DNA from: Glaucostegus cemiculus
Taxonomy: Eukaryota
Reading direction: 5' to 3'
Assembly: GCA_976551045.1 (NCBI GenBank)
Contig: CDPCPM010000052.1
Coordinates: forward strand, 3,782,001-3,846,000
DNA length: 64,000 nucleotides
The notes below the pieces were generated by a model. It made no database searches. It saw only the letters and a program-made list of their open reading frames with translations, and was not told the DNA's origin. A program made the position numbers and the translations under genes. Of this stretch, positions 13,201-26,400 are shown piece by piece; the first letter of the stretch is position 1, and each line of letters starts with the position of its first letter.

Positions 13201-15220
13201 TAGGATGTATTGTATCACGTGAGGGCATAAAATCATTTACTGGTGCAAAAAAATTGCTTGTGAACTTCATTGGCCTTTCTAACTGTGAGATTATACAGTC
13301 TGTGTGGACTTCAATATATATCTCTTATTTATAGTCATAATTACAATGAGGCAGAATTCTCCAAACACAAAAAAGTTAACATGAATAAATGCTATAATTA
13401 GAGGACAATATGCTTAGGCTTCATCCTGTGACAAATTGTTCAAAGATGATTTTTGATTTATTTCAAATTGATTAAGGGAAATACATGAAGATTTCTGAAA
13501 CGAGGGTTGATTTAAACTATGGTATTAAACCCCCAAGGAGAAGTACCAAAGCCACTCTCTTAAAATTAACAGATGTCTGCCAAACAGTTTGAAACAAAGA
13601 AATGCAGATGCAAATGTAATCAGCATCCAAATGAGCTTCTTGCAAGACCCTTTAAGGCACATCTGAGTGCAAGTACTGCCTACCTTTCAACTTGCAAATG
13701 ACAGTGTCACTGAAAGCCATCCTTCCATCAATAAACCTGGGTCATGAATATACAAAAGCCAGCAGCAAGGCTGCATACCTCCTGCAGTTAAACTTGGCCT
13801 AATTATCCAGGCATTTTTCTCTTCATTTTGTCCAAAGGATACACTCTCAGTCAGCTGTTGACCAGCCTCAGGCATAATTAAGGTAGGTCATGCACACTGA
13901 CCCTCATGTGGACAACTAATATAGTTAAATGTGGACACCAAATGTCATCTTTCTTATTCATCAGTACAAAGTTCCCCACCCCTTTAAAATACCAATCTGC
14001 TGCCATTTTTAACATCCCCCCTCTTCAAGCTGTCATCCCGCAGTGGTCGCTGCCAGCAGAGTGAATTAGCATTCTAACTGATGTGCTGCTATTCTCAGAT
14101 GATTTACTGTGGTAGGATAACTAATGGCCTCCCTACTGGAAATGGAACCAATAATCAATGTCTCATCAATGTAAGAGTACCAATTAGACCCTCTGTTACA
14201 CAGCCACAATACCAGAACGTTCCAGCCAAGGTCAGAAACTGTTTCAAATATATAAACTAGTTAAAAGAAATGACATATCTATCATTTGACCAATCTGATT
14301 AAGCATGCTAAAAAAGAGAAAATAAATGACCTAAACAGCTAGATTAAACAAGAAAATGTTCTTCAAACAACATTAGAATCTTATATGCAAAGTAATATTC
14401 TGTCCGTAATAATTTATAGACAGTCATGATAAATACTATTTGTACATGACAGACACATGAAATAATAAACCTTGCTGCTATAAACATTACCAAATACTGA
14501 CACTATTGATTTATTAAGTCCAACAGTGACATCAAACAGAATAACTGACACAAACAATGTCGTTGCTTTAAGTGCCGTTTGTCAGCGATTAATTCTGCCA
14601 AACAGGTTTAGTTATGCTGTGACTGCTGTCTAGCACTTGTCAATCCAAGCAAGAATTACTAGCACCACACGCGTGGAAACTCATGCTCAAAGCTGTGCTG
14701 TTAGCCCTCATTACCCCAGTCATTGTAACAGAGAAGCAAATCTAGCCCCTGTTTAATATGCATGTTAATTATGTAAATTATTAATTGGGCTGGTGCTTTA
14801 GGTCTTGTATTTTATGCCTGGATTAAGTATATAATTGTATCCAGCTTCATTTTAATCCTAACCTGTGAATGACATGAACTGGTCTGAAACTGACATTTAT
14901 ATGATTTGGCTTCTGCACATCAGCTCCATTAGGTTACATGTGTAGGCCATGCTCATGAATATCTGCATGCAAGACAACACAAGTACACTCTAAGAGAAAC
15001 CTCTTTAAACCACACTTGATCTACAAAGACTGATATATTTATTTGAGAAAATATGGTCTTTAACACAATAAATAACTGCACTTTTATAGATGGATTATAA
15101 CATTGTAAAAGCCCGAGTTCAGAAGTTCTTCAGTAATTTAAAGGAACCCTCTTTTGTTTTCAAGAAAATAAAATAACTTTCAGCAATTTCTTGAAAGTTT
15201 GGAAAATATTGCTGCATCTT

Positions 15221-16165
15221 AGACAGTCCCTTGGGATTAAGGGTGATTTGCTTCCACTCAGTTTCTGTGGGTTCTGAGGTAGCTGATAAGGCCAATGTTG
15301 TTCATGCAGAGTCGTTTACAGATGGGGCAAAAAATACCTGACAAGACAGGTGTGTTTGTGAGGTGGCATGTTTCTTCCACTCTATATCTGCTCCAGATAC
15401 ATAGCCTTGAGGTTCTCAATGCTGTCCAGAGAAGCTTTCTCCACTTTGAACCATCAATTAGCCAGGGATTCCCAGGAGTCCACTGGGATGCTGCAACTTT
15501 TGCGAACATATTTGAATATTTTCCTTTGTCCACCTGATAAATTTCTTCCTTGACAGAGCTTAGAATACAGTGTCTGTTTGGGATTCTGTGTTGGGGCTTG
15601 TGAATGATGTGATCTGCCCTACCAAGGCAGCTGATTGTAATTAGGACCTCAGCGCTGGGAATGTTTGCCTAGGTCACGACACTTCATTTGTTTCTCTCTC
15701 CAGTGAGTTTGGAGGATTTTGTGGAAATAGCATTGGTGCTATTTCTCCAGTTCCACATACAAGTAGTCAATGTCTCAGAAACAGATGGAAAAACAGCAGT
15801 CAATAATCATAGGATTTATGCCCAGTCTGAGGTCTTGATTTGACAACACTCTTTTCCCCAGTCAGTCAAAAGCTGCAATGGTGCACTAAAGATAATAGTA
15901 AATTTCATCATTGAAGTATAGTTTCACTGAGAGCCAGCTTCATAGATAATGTGAAGAGGTCGATGTTTTCCAAGATCTCACCATGAACCCTTGTGGTCAG
16001 AGGGTGATGATGCACTGCAGAGGAAGGTCATTAGGGGGCCTAGCTTTGTGGAGGTCGAATGCAAGGTTCACACCTTCTTGGGCTTCAGTGAATGTGATTG
16101 CAATGGCTTGGAACTTGGCCTCCAGAGGAGTGCAAACACAGACATCAACTAAGTACATTGTTTGC
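15221..16165 (-). mobile_element. RTE (BovB-like) LINE, degraded 3' half
   Basis: C-terminal zinc-finger CPICKRLCMNNIGLISYLRTH (ORF 15258-15533). RT remnant YLVDVCVCTPLEAKFQAIAITFTEA (ORF 15997-16185, cf. YADDACVCAHSEAELQAIVNTFTEA). Confidence 0.85.
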
Positions 16166-16671
16166 TCAAAGCAAAGAAATTTCATGTTGCCATAGAAAAG
16201 AAATATTCCTGTGCCACTCCACAGGAAATGACAAAGGCTGCAAAATTACAGCCGGTTGAGAGCCATTATGGAGCTTTCCAAGCTAGCAGAAACATACAGG
16301 GTAGGAAGATGCAATTTCTCAGCTAATTTCTTGTGGTCTGTTGTATCCACAGCTACTCTCAGGCCTGCCTCGTGTCAAAGTATCCATGATTTTCTAAGGA
16401 GTAGGGTAGATTTTTTTCAACCAGTGATAATACAAAGTCAATCATTTTGGTAAGGGTCCCAAGCCTGCCTAACTATATGCAAAATGGCAATAATATTAAT
16501 TCCCTCTTTTTGTAATGTCAGCAAAATTTTGAGCATACTTGCTCTTTTCTTTTCTTGTCTTAATGTTAACATATTTACAGAGGATGAATCTCTGTGTTAT
16601 ATAACCCACCATAAATTTTAGAAAATCCAATTACGGCAATATTAGTAACTGCAAAATAAACCAGGTAAGGA

Positions 16672-16808
16672 TGATATTGATATTTATTTGTTAGTCACAT
16701 GTACATCGAAACACGAAATGCATCTTTTTGCATTACTAAGAGTGTGCTGGGGGTCAGCCCACAAGTGTTGCCACTCTTCCGGCGCCAACATAGCATGCCC
16801 ACAACTCA
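16672..16808 (-). mobile_element. Truncated SINE 3' part (V-SINE-type, batoid-like)
   Basis: ttagtcacatgtacatcgaaacac...gtgctgggggtcagcccacaagtgttgccactcttccggcgccaacatagcatgcccacaact matches from memory the 3' part of a ray SINE. It retains CpGs, so it is relatively young. Confidence 0.6.
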
Positions 16809-17894
16809 GTTTATGAACATGATGACTGACGTCTATCTGGAATAAGTCAAAAGTACAGAAATTTCATATACAACAATGTAAAGTTAACAGCTAAAGTAAG
16901 AGAGAGGTGTGCAGCAAGGGGGGAGAGCGGACGATGTGTGTAATCATTAAAATGTAGTGAACTGCTGTATTTGTGGGAAAGTGCTTCCATTCCCACAGAC
17001 AAATCTAGCAAAAGCCCAGCAAGCAATATCCCGATAAAATGGGAAGCCTGTTGTGATGTTACAGTAAATTTAGAAGCAGTAAAATGAATCTGAAACTCCT
17101 GCCTGTGAGGGTTCTCTGCCTTACAACAGCAATGGCCAGTTCAAACACCCAATGTTTAAAGCAGCTGCAATGCTTGACAAACATTGTTGCAGGAGGGAAT
17201 TCCCAGATGGTCATTCAAAAACTTAAGCTTTGCTAAGCTATCAGTGAGGTATGAAATATTGACAGGTCATACAAGTTTGTCTAAAAAGAGTATGAGACTG
17301 ATTTATTTCCTCTTTATCATTAAATCAAGGGGCCATATTGACTAAAAATTAAAATCATGGTAGACATAGATTGAGGCAGCTAGTATTGGCATGATTGGAG
17401 TACTTGACATACATTGATCCAGTCATTCAGATACTTATCTGCTGACAATGTTGTGACAAAAGACAAACACTATAATGTTTTTTTTGTCTTTGGTGCATAA
17501 GTGGGAAGTTAACATATGCAGAAATGAGAAATGTAGTCTAAATGAGGTGAAGTTCATTCAGCATGAAGATAACATGTCACCATATAGAATGCTGAACACA
17601 CTTAACTAGTTTTGTGCACCATTTCATGATCATTAAATAGATTCAAATATCAAATTAATTTCTGCAATAATCAATACACCATTCAATGAGAAAAATAAGC
17701 ATTTTGTAACACAAGTAAAGGAAATTGCATTCAATTGAATACTGTAAATCATTAAACACATGGGATCAAAAACAGCAATTTAATCCATCTTTTCAAGCAT
17801 CAAACATTGCTCCTATTAAAACATCAACAAGAAATACATATACATCTCAGCTGACAGATAAACAACACAGAAAATTTCAAAACATTAGTTCACA

Positions 17895-17958
17895 AATAAA
17901 TTTTTCTCTCCATAGATGCTGCCTGACCTGATGATTTGCAACATTTCCTGTTTTGATC
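17895..17958 (+). mobile_element. Penelope-like tail fragment
   Basis: ctctccatagatgctgcctgacctgatgatttgcaacatttcctgtttt is homologous to the tails at 1224-1269 and 24810-24870. Confidence 0.7.
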
Positions 17959-19029
17959 AGTAACTTCATTGTTTGTGCAACATTATCACAAAATGTTTAA
18001 TAATTAAATACAGGGGCTTTATTATTTTGTTGAAAAGCAATTGGCCCAGAAAATCAAATGTGCCAGAGATTTTACCAGCTGCACAATTGATTTGTTGTGC
18101 ATAATGGTTAACGATACAGTAATAGCACTTCCATGCACGTACAATGCACAATAGGAAATTGATTCACAGACTTCCAAACACACAATGTGCCCATGCGTGA
18201 AGGCAATGGGCAAATAGCTGTAATATCAATCAGTGTGCAATGCATATTTGACATCACTGCTGGGAAACTGGAACACAAATACATGCTGAAGAAACTACGA
18301 GCCTCTAAAGACAGACAGAAACTTGCTCAATTGTAAGTTAAGGAAATGATTTGTGCCACTGTTTGAGAAATCACAACCGAAGTCATAAATAATGGACTGC
18401 CTCTTACAGTGTTCAAGGAAATGCCGCCTTGTTTTTTTAAAGAAAGAGTGAAGGGGGAGTGAGGAAAAACTTTGAAAGTCCTCTGTGTGCCCACTTCCAA
18501 CCACAATGTCCAGTTGGTAGTCAGAGGAGTGGGAAGCCCCCTCCATTCCCTCACCTACCACTGCTGATTTACTCAATCTATTTCAGCCTCATTACTTGGA
18601 AGATGAGAACTTTAAGAGCTACCACCCTGCACCTAAGTTTGCTCACTTCACAGTTGCCTCATGCTACAAACATCTGGGATTCATGTTGCCCATTAAGCAC
18701 AATGGCACTGTACATCATAAAATTAGAAAACAAAACTCACTGCCCCCTGTCCTGTGCCATTTTAGTGTGCATTTTCATATGCGTTACGTTTGGTATATTG
18801 ACTCTAAGAATGACTTCGTGAATAGGAGTTTTCTGCAGCAACATTTTCCTCAAAAACATTCCCTCTATAAGCTTCACAAGTCCTTTCAATTGGTCGACAC
18901 AAGAGGATTTGAAATACACTGCTTCTTATATATTAGTATTCCTAATCTTTTTCGATAGAAATACCACATTCACATAACGAAATATATGATCCCCCATAAA
19001 TGCTTTATAACATTGTATACTGCTTCCTT

Positions 19030-19290
19030 TAATGAGTTGGGGTGTCATGGGACTGCTTCTAGTTCCACAGCCAATTGATTTCATTTTCCCAACATTTAGC
19101 TGAAGAAAGTTTTCCCTCATGCAATAATGAAATTCTATCAAACTATTGTCTAACAATGAACTAGTGAAAAGGTAAGACAGCTGTGTTGATTTGTGGAAAC
19201 TGACATCTATGGATGATGCTGCCAAGAGTGCAGGATGTAAATAAGGAAGAGGAAAGAGTCAATGATGGGTTCTTGGAAACTCCCAAATTA
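19030..19290 (-). mobile_element. Ancient L2 LINE RT relic
   Basis: VSFHKSTQL...YCMRENFLQLNVGKMKSIGCG (cf. L2 VSFHMYADDTQLY...WMSRNFLQLNIGKTEAIVFG). Confidence 0.7.
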
Positions 19291-20619
19291 AAATTGGTGG
19301 AAAAAAGAACCTATTATTCTTGTCAAGATTGAAAAGTATTCCATTGCTCTGCAGTAACATATTTTATTTTTGGGACACAAAATAAATAAAGTGATTGAAA
19401 AGTCAATGCCAAAATATAAATGCACATGCATGTCTACCGTATTAAAAAATAATGCATCTTAACAGGTTCTCATAATTTATAACACTGAAGTTAGGATGGC
19501 TTGTTTTAATTTAAAGATGTGATCTATTTTGATGCATCTCTATCATTCTAGAAAATAAAACTGGCACCACCTTATGAATAAAAGCAAGCTTGAAAGAAAA
19601 AGTAAACTATGTTTGCTTGCAGCAATACAAGGAACACGATAATTGATTTCATTTTACCTTTCCTTCCATTACAAATTTTTGTGATGGTACAGCAAGACTG
19701 ATATTGAATATCAACACTTATTCATGAAAATTTACGTCACAACATTACACTGAAGAGTCTTGTTTGCAAATCCTACGTTTGGAAATTCAAAATGTGAGAA
19801 AACAATATTTGTGATATAGCATGTTCAACTTTAATAATGTAATAGGAATCAGACAGAACAAATGGTCCAAAAGTTTGTGAAGATTCACACCTCAGGCAGG
19901 TGCAAAGTTGGGAGTCAAATATAGCTTGCAGATTAAAAAGGAAAACAATCTCATGGCCAAGAACAAAAACATAAAGCAATAAAAAAGGGCGTCCATAGGA
20001 AAATGGAAAAATACTTAGATTATGAAAATTTCAGAATATTAAATAGTCTAACAATCCCATGAGGAATGTTCTTGATATCTTCAAAGGTGCTATGTATTGC
20101 TGTTGTTGTTCATAAAAAGACTCATTAACTTCAAAATCCAGCCACTTTTCCATTCAAAACTGCTATGTCATATGCATAAATGGATTTTTCCATGTGCACA
20201 TTTGCTAACACCTGCACCAACATAGTCTTGGGTTAATCCTGCTACTGAAGTGAATCTGTGATCCTGCAATTGAGGATTCTGCAAGGAGCATGTGTGGTAT
20301 AATTCCAGATGTTTCAAAATGCTCTAGCAGCCATCTGAGAAAAGAAAGGCAAGTCTTCAGATTTAATACTTTAACATTTTAATGCGTTTTAAATAAATAA
20401 TTCCCGCCTCCCCCAGCAGATTAGCCTAAACTCACCCAGCTCAGAAGGAGCTGACAGAATGTAGAATGTTATATCTGGAATTTCCTTTTCCTTCCCATAA
20501 ATCATGAAGCATTAGCTCCAATCTCAAAAAATGAGAAATTAAGAAGTCTGATTAACAGAGGCTCCCAGCAGTTCCAATCCTCTAGAAACCTAATGCCCAG
20601 TACATACAGACACGAATTA

Positions 20620-21145
20620 GGAGCAGGACTTAAAAGTGATGCTGATCTGATTGTAACCACCCATCCTGTCTGCCCACAGTAACTATACAAGTCCTTGCTT
20701 ATCAATATGTTTCCACCTTTGGGGAAGAGGTCCAAAGACTCATCATCCTGAGAGAAAAGACCTTGCTTCATCTGTGTCCTAAATGGGCAAACCTTTATTT
20801 TTAAACAGTGACCCTTTGTTGTACATCTATATACCCATCTGTCGCGATCTTACATGTTTGAATCTAGTCGCTTCACACTCTTTTAAACTCCAGTGGATAC
20901 AATCCTACCCAACCATTCCTGACGTAATTCATTCCAAGTATCAATCTAATAAACCTGCACTTAACTGCTTCCAAAACATTAACATCCTTCCTTAAATAAC
21001 TAAGCCCATCTCACTGCATAGTACCAGATCTTGTATAGCCTGCTCTCTGGTTGGTTTCAAAAGTTATTATTCTGGGAAGCTATCTCGTAAACACTCCATG
21101 AACAGCTCACCTTGACCACCTTTATCCATCTGATTTTCCAAAGTG
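20620..21145 (-). mobile_element. CR1 LINE fragments
   Basis: ccaccttttggggaagaggtccaaagactc...catctgtgtcctaaatgggcaaacctttatttttaaacagtgaccc is the reverse complement of a CR1 3' coding end. A further CR1-like piece lies at ~21045-21145. Confidence 0.7.
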
Positions 21146-21744
21146 AAATCAAAAGGGCATGAGTGAAACATTTGAAAACATTGTGGCAAGTAGGGTGGAC
21201 ATCAATGGAATTAAGATAATATGTGCTGCAAAGAGGGTACGGTGGTCAAATTCCACTAGTTTTGCACCATCACCAGAAACTACTATCTACTGAACCATAT
21301 GATCTTCTAAACTTATTGTAATCGGAAACCCATAAACATCAAGACAACATAAATTAAAGGTGGTCTGCACATCTTCATGTGGTGGGGAAGCAGACCTTTC
21401 GCAATTCCCTTTAATAATTAGGCAACTTCTCCTATTGAGATAACAGTAACTCAAAGCATTTCTGAAGATGAAAAAATGCCTCAACCCAGATAAAATCTTT
21501 CTGACATTAGAGGAGGAATGGATTATTTTGCTGCTTCTTTGCCTCTCAGAGAGCCTGGCTGAAGAATAACCAACAGAATAAGCTTCAAGGGAGCAAGTTT
21601 AAACCACATTCTTATAAGCTGAGAAGAATGTAACTTTCAGTGGGAAAGGTCACTAAAACCCTATTGAGAGATTACTTGCTGACAGTAGAGTTGAGGTGGG
21701 GCACAGATGAAAATGAAAAAAGTTCACAACACTGTGATGAACAT

Positions 21745-22020
21745 ATATTAGTCTTAGAATGACAGGGTTAATACTGAGAAGCTTTTTCATCTCAATGAAG
21801 ATTCCGTAAATGAGAAGATGGAAAATTTCTTCACAGGTTTGCAGATCTTCAACATATTTATCTTCAGATAGCTGTGGATGTTCAGTCATTGAGAATATTG
21901 TAGACTTCCGTTGGGTAAAGATATTAACACTTAAAGGGATCAAGACATATGGGGAATGGGAAGAAATAAGCAGTGAACAGCAGAGGAAACTTGAGGAACT
22001 GTACGACGAAGTTGTGCTTC
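21745..22020 (+). mobile_element. CR1 LINE 3' fragment
   Basis: gacagggttaatactgagaag...aatttcttcacagg...gctgtggatgttcagtcattgag...taaagggatcaagacatatgggga are typical CR1 3' end segments. Confidence 0.65.
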
Positions 22021-23330
22021 TATATCTTACGTTGCTTCAGTGAGGTCAGGGTCTGGTAACTTGCTGCATTCTCATACCATTTTTCCAATGAGGCAGAGAT
22101 CAGTCAGACATTAAGGAAGTGGTAATAAACTTTTTCCTTGCACCTCCACCCCATCCCCACAAAACCACCACCAACATAACCAAATGCCACCATCAGTGAG
22201 GGGAAGGCAAATTTAAGCTACAATAAAAAGTTTATGCTGCAACCTCATCCCCCACTTACTGAAAACGTTCCACTGTTGTTTTTGCTGTTTATCCTCTTTC
22301 AATAACTTAATGATCTCCATCTCCTCTACTACTTTATCCTTTCCTCTTGTCCCTTATTCTTACTGTTTCCTCTACTCTCCTTCCCTTCAACTTCCATCTG
22401 TCTCCTACCTCCCAATATTAACATGAACTTGAATCCTCAAGCACAATGACAGAGAAGATCAATAGGTAGATATAAAAAGCCACATGAAAAGAATCATGCA
22501 GGAGATTAATAAAAGTCTGACAAAGTCAAAACAAAATTGTATGAAAGTCAAATGTGCAAACAAAAGCATTTGTATAATATAAATTAAATCATCAGTAATT
22601 TTTCAAAAATGTATTGGGTCAGCTCCAAAAAAAAGTCTTGCATAGAATCAGAAAATCATGCTACAGAAGGAAGCTATTTGAACTATAATGTGGGTTGTGA
22701 CTACCTAGTCTCCAAAAAGCATATTCTAGCACTGGAATGCAAAATTAAATTTGTTCATTATGCTCTGAACCAGTGATGAGGAAAGTATAGGAATTACATC
22801 TTTTCAAATTGGCAAATACGTCATACTTGTATCTACACGGGTTATACATCCATACACTGCAGTGCTTGTTTTCTGACTTAGTAATAAATGCTGCTTTAGT
22901 TCCACCAGATTCCTCATTTGAGCAGCGCCTTTGAGATTTTTTACAGATTCTTGTTGTTGTAACCTGGGAAACTGAAATGAAAAATAACTGTGCACAAAAG
23001 TTGTACATAAAACAAAGATCTTAATGCAGTAAGATTTTGCCAGAACTCTTAGGATAAGGCAGCAGTTACAACAATTGGTATAGACTAAAATGTTTTGCAT
23101 TTTGAAGAACTTACACAAACTTTATTACAAAATGATAACTATCCTGCTAAAAGCTAATAGGTAAAAATGTAAATTTTAAGATAAAATAGCATAATACAAT
23201 GATTTCAGAAGCGTCAGGGGAAATGCTCCAGTGTGGAATATTTATGCCCCCACTCACAATGAAGCCTTACTTTGGTTCACTTGTGAACAACTGGAGCCTT
23301 TTAATTAACTTGAAACACTCAAAAACTTTA

Positions 23331-24771
23331 GAATCAGAATCAGGTTTATTATCACTGACATATGTCGGTGAAATTTGTTGCTTTGCGGCAGCAACACAGT
23401 GCAAAGCATAAAAATTACTATAAATTACAAAAATAAATAAATAGTGCAAAAGAGAAATAATGAGGTAGTGTTCATGGACCGTTCAGAATCTGTTGGCGGA
23501 GGGGGAAGAAGCTGTTCCTAAAACATTGAGTGTGGGTCTTCAGACTCCTGTACCTCCTCCCTGATGGTAGTAACGAAGAGGGCATGTCTTGGATGGCGAG
23601 GGTCCTTAATGATGAATGCTGCCTTCTTGAGGCACCACCGTTTGAAGATGTCCTCGATGGTGGGGAGGGTTGTGCCCATGATTGAGCTGGTTGAGTCCAT
23701 AACCCTCTGCAGCCTCTTTCGATCCTGCACATTGGCCTCCATACCAAGCAGTGACGCAACCAGCCAGAATGCTCTCCACTGTACATCTGTAGAAATTTGC
23801 AAGACTCTTTGGTGACATACCAAATCTCCTCAAACTCCTAATGAAGTAGAGCTGCTGATGTGCCTTCTTCAAGATTGCATCAATGTGTTGGGCCCAGGAT
23901 AGATCATTTGAGATGTTCAAGCCCAGGAACTTGAAGCTGCTCACTTTTTCCACTGCTGACCCCTCAATGAGGACTGGTGTGTGTTCTCCTGACTTCTCCT
24001 TTCTGAAGTCCACAACCAATTCCTTGGTCTTGCTGATGTTGAGTGCAAGATTGCTGTGACACCACTCAACCAGCCAATCTATATCACTCCTGTACACCTC
24101 CTCATCACCATCTGAGATTCTGCCAACAACAGTGGTGTCATCGGTGAATTTAAAGATGGCATTTGAGCTGTGCCTAGCCACAGAGTCATGAGTATAGAGA
24201 GAGTAGAACAGTGGGCTAAGCACACCTCCTTGAGGATTGTCTGTGTCGATGTACAGCAAAGGGATGTTATTACCCATCCACATTGACTGTGGTATCTGAT
24301 AAGGAAGTCAAGGATCCATTTGCAGAGTGAGGTACAGAGGCCCAGGTATTGAAGCTTGTGATTAGTACTAAAGGGGTGATGGTGTTGAACATCGAGCTGT
24401 AATTGATAAACAGCAGCCTGACCTATGTATTGCTATTGTCTAGGTGCTCCAAAACAGAGTGAAGAGCCAGTGAGATTGCATCCGCTGTAGACCTGTTGTG
24501 GTGGTAGGCAAATTTCTGGAGGTCCAGGTTCCTGCTCAAGCAAGAGTTAATTTTATCCATGACCAACCTATCAAAGCACTTCATCACAGTAGATGTGAGT
24601 ACTACCAGGTGATAGTTGTTGAGGCAGCTCACCCTGCTCTTCTTGGGCACTGGCATAATTGATGCCTTTTTGAAACAGGTGGGAACCTCCAACTGCAGCA
24701 GTGAGAGGCTGAAGATGTCCTTGAACACTCCAGCCAGTTGGTTGGGACAGATTTTCAGGACCGTCAGGTAT
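23331..24771 (-). mobile_element. Rex1/Babar LINE, 5'-truncated, with frameshifted RT
   Basis: ORF 24423-24728 (VPTCFKKASIMPVPKK...LTSTVMKCFDRLV...FAYHHNRSTADAI), ORF 23606-24283 (QGGVLSPLFYSLYTHD...KFTDDTTVVG...LNISKTKELVVDFRK...NFYRCTVESIL), C-terminal LPSGRRYRSL...NSFFP and a (gaatca)2 tail. Stops and frameshifts separate the pieces. Confidence 0.95.
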
Positions 24772-24774
24772 AAC

Positions 24775-24872
24775 TAAAGAACAATCATTGACCTGATTCA
24801 TTGACTCAGTGTCTCTCTCCACAAGAGCCACCTGACCTGCTGAGTATTTTCAGCATTTTCTGTTTTTATCAA
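24775..24872 (+). mobile_element. Penelope-like tail fragment
   Basis: tctctctccacaagagccacctgacctgctgagtattttcagcattttctgtttttat. Confidence 0.75.
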
Positions 24873-25464
24873 AACGAAAATAATTAGGTACATGGACATG
24901 CCCTGTAGCCCTAATGAAATAGAATTTGGTGTATTATTCAGGAAGGCATGTTTGAGACATACAAGTTTGTTATTTCTACGATGGAGGTTATTTATCATTT
25001 GTCTGTCAACTGTGTACAGTTGACAGAGGAGGGGAAAAGAGATTTACGTTGATCATACGATTATTTTTCCAAGAACTAAGTTGTGAACTGTCAATGCTAA
25101 AGCAAAGTTTTGAATGGATGCCTGGTCTTTTCCTGGAATAGGGAAACTCCTTCACAAGTGGAAATTTGTGCGTCATGCAGTGGATGATGAGAATCTTGAG
25201 TGGGATTTTTACTCCCCTCTCGAAACAGGCGGAAACTGCACCGAAAGAATCCTTGTATCCACAAGATGAAAATTATAATTTCATCAATTGTAACAATTCA
25301 GATGAAAAATATTAAACAGAATTATGCATCATGTATACAAAAATAATCTACATAAGTTCTATCAATAATAATGCATTTAAAAGATATTTGGTACATGCTG
25401 ATCATATACAAGAGTGATGAAGAGGAATGGTCGAACAAAACACAAGCTGGAGAATGATTAACCT

Positions 25465-25570
25465 TTAAAGACCTGCATTTACATAATGACTTTTATTACC
25501 TGTCCCTAAATGTTTTACAACCAGTGAAGTGCTTTTGGAAGAATAATCACTGCAGTGATATAGAAAATTG
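25465..25570 (-). mobile_element. DeuSINE-type (SacSINE1/AmnSINE1-like) 3' tail fragment
   Basis: acctgcatttacataatgac...tgtccctaaatgttttacaaccagtgaagtgcttttggaagaataatcactg resembles, from memory, the DeuSINE tail cttgcatttatatagcgcc...gtcccaaagcgctttacagccaatgaagtacttttgaagtgtagtcactg. Confidence 0.6.
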
Positions 25571-26144
25571 TTAAAAGTTGAATTAAAATCTTTGTCAAGA
25601 GCAACTCCCACTAAAAATGTAACTTAAATCTGTGCAGCTGAAAATTGCTCCAAAAAAATGGAGTTATTCAAACTTTACTGTGTAAATATTTTATCAATGA
25701 AACCAGAGATAAGTAATCACATGGCTAAAAAATTTCAAATTACATTATCTTCACTTCTTGGTTTCTTTTTTGCTGAATACTAATTTTAAGTACACAATGG
25801 CTAAGTTTTAATAACAGCTCTTATTTCTTCATTTTTCTCCATTATTTCTTAAAATATTGAAATTTTAAACCCTCTCGTTTTCAATAAAATGAAGTGAATT
25901 AATTGTGCAGACAATTATTTCAAAGTCATTACAGAGCTGCGATATTTGCTACAGCTGTCCTGGAATAAAGGCTGTATTGATCAGAATGATTTCCCATGAT
26001 ACAAGAGGGAAAATAAGTTACTGCACGAGCACCTTTTGATGTCATCAAGCCAGAAGTCTCATTTCTGAAAACCTCCATTATTCTTCCTCCCAATTTCTCC
26101 ACCAGCCCTCCAAAAATATTTACACAAAGTCAAAAAACACTCTG

Positions 26145-26400
26145 GGTTGGCTCACTCCTATAATTGTTCAATGATGGATAGAAATGCAGAAAGGTGTCAG
26201 GTTTTATGCCTGATCTGTGCAGAATTGGCTAATTTCAACAAAGAGCAGTGGAGGTATTATAATTGGTCCCACTGTACACAAGCTGGAAAAGGAACAAGAA
26301 GTTACCCAAGTCTCCAATCATTTGACCCTGCTGGAAGCTGCATGCATGTGGAACACTGGGTGAAGACAGATAAGGCATAAGCTCAATTCTGATGCTACCT
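26145..26400 (+). mobile_element. Old tRNA-headed SINE relic
   Basis: tggctca (A-box-like) and caggttttatgcctgatctgtgc (degenerate B-box region), then tataattgg...tgaccctgctggaag...gggtgaagacag, resembling an old shark SINE body from memory. Confidence 0.45.

Noticed and set aside
23606-24283. 225-aa ORF as a functional or domesticated gene
   Set aside because: It is a frameshifted piece of a truncated Rex1/Babar RT with an altered catalytic motif (FTDD).
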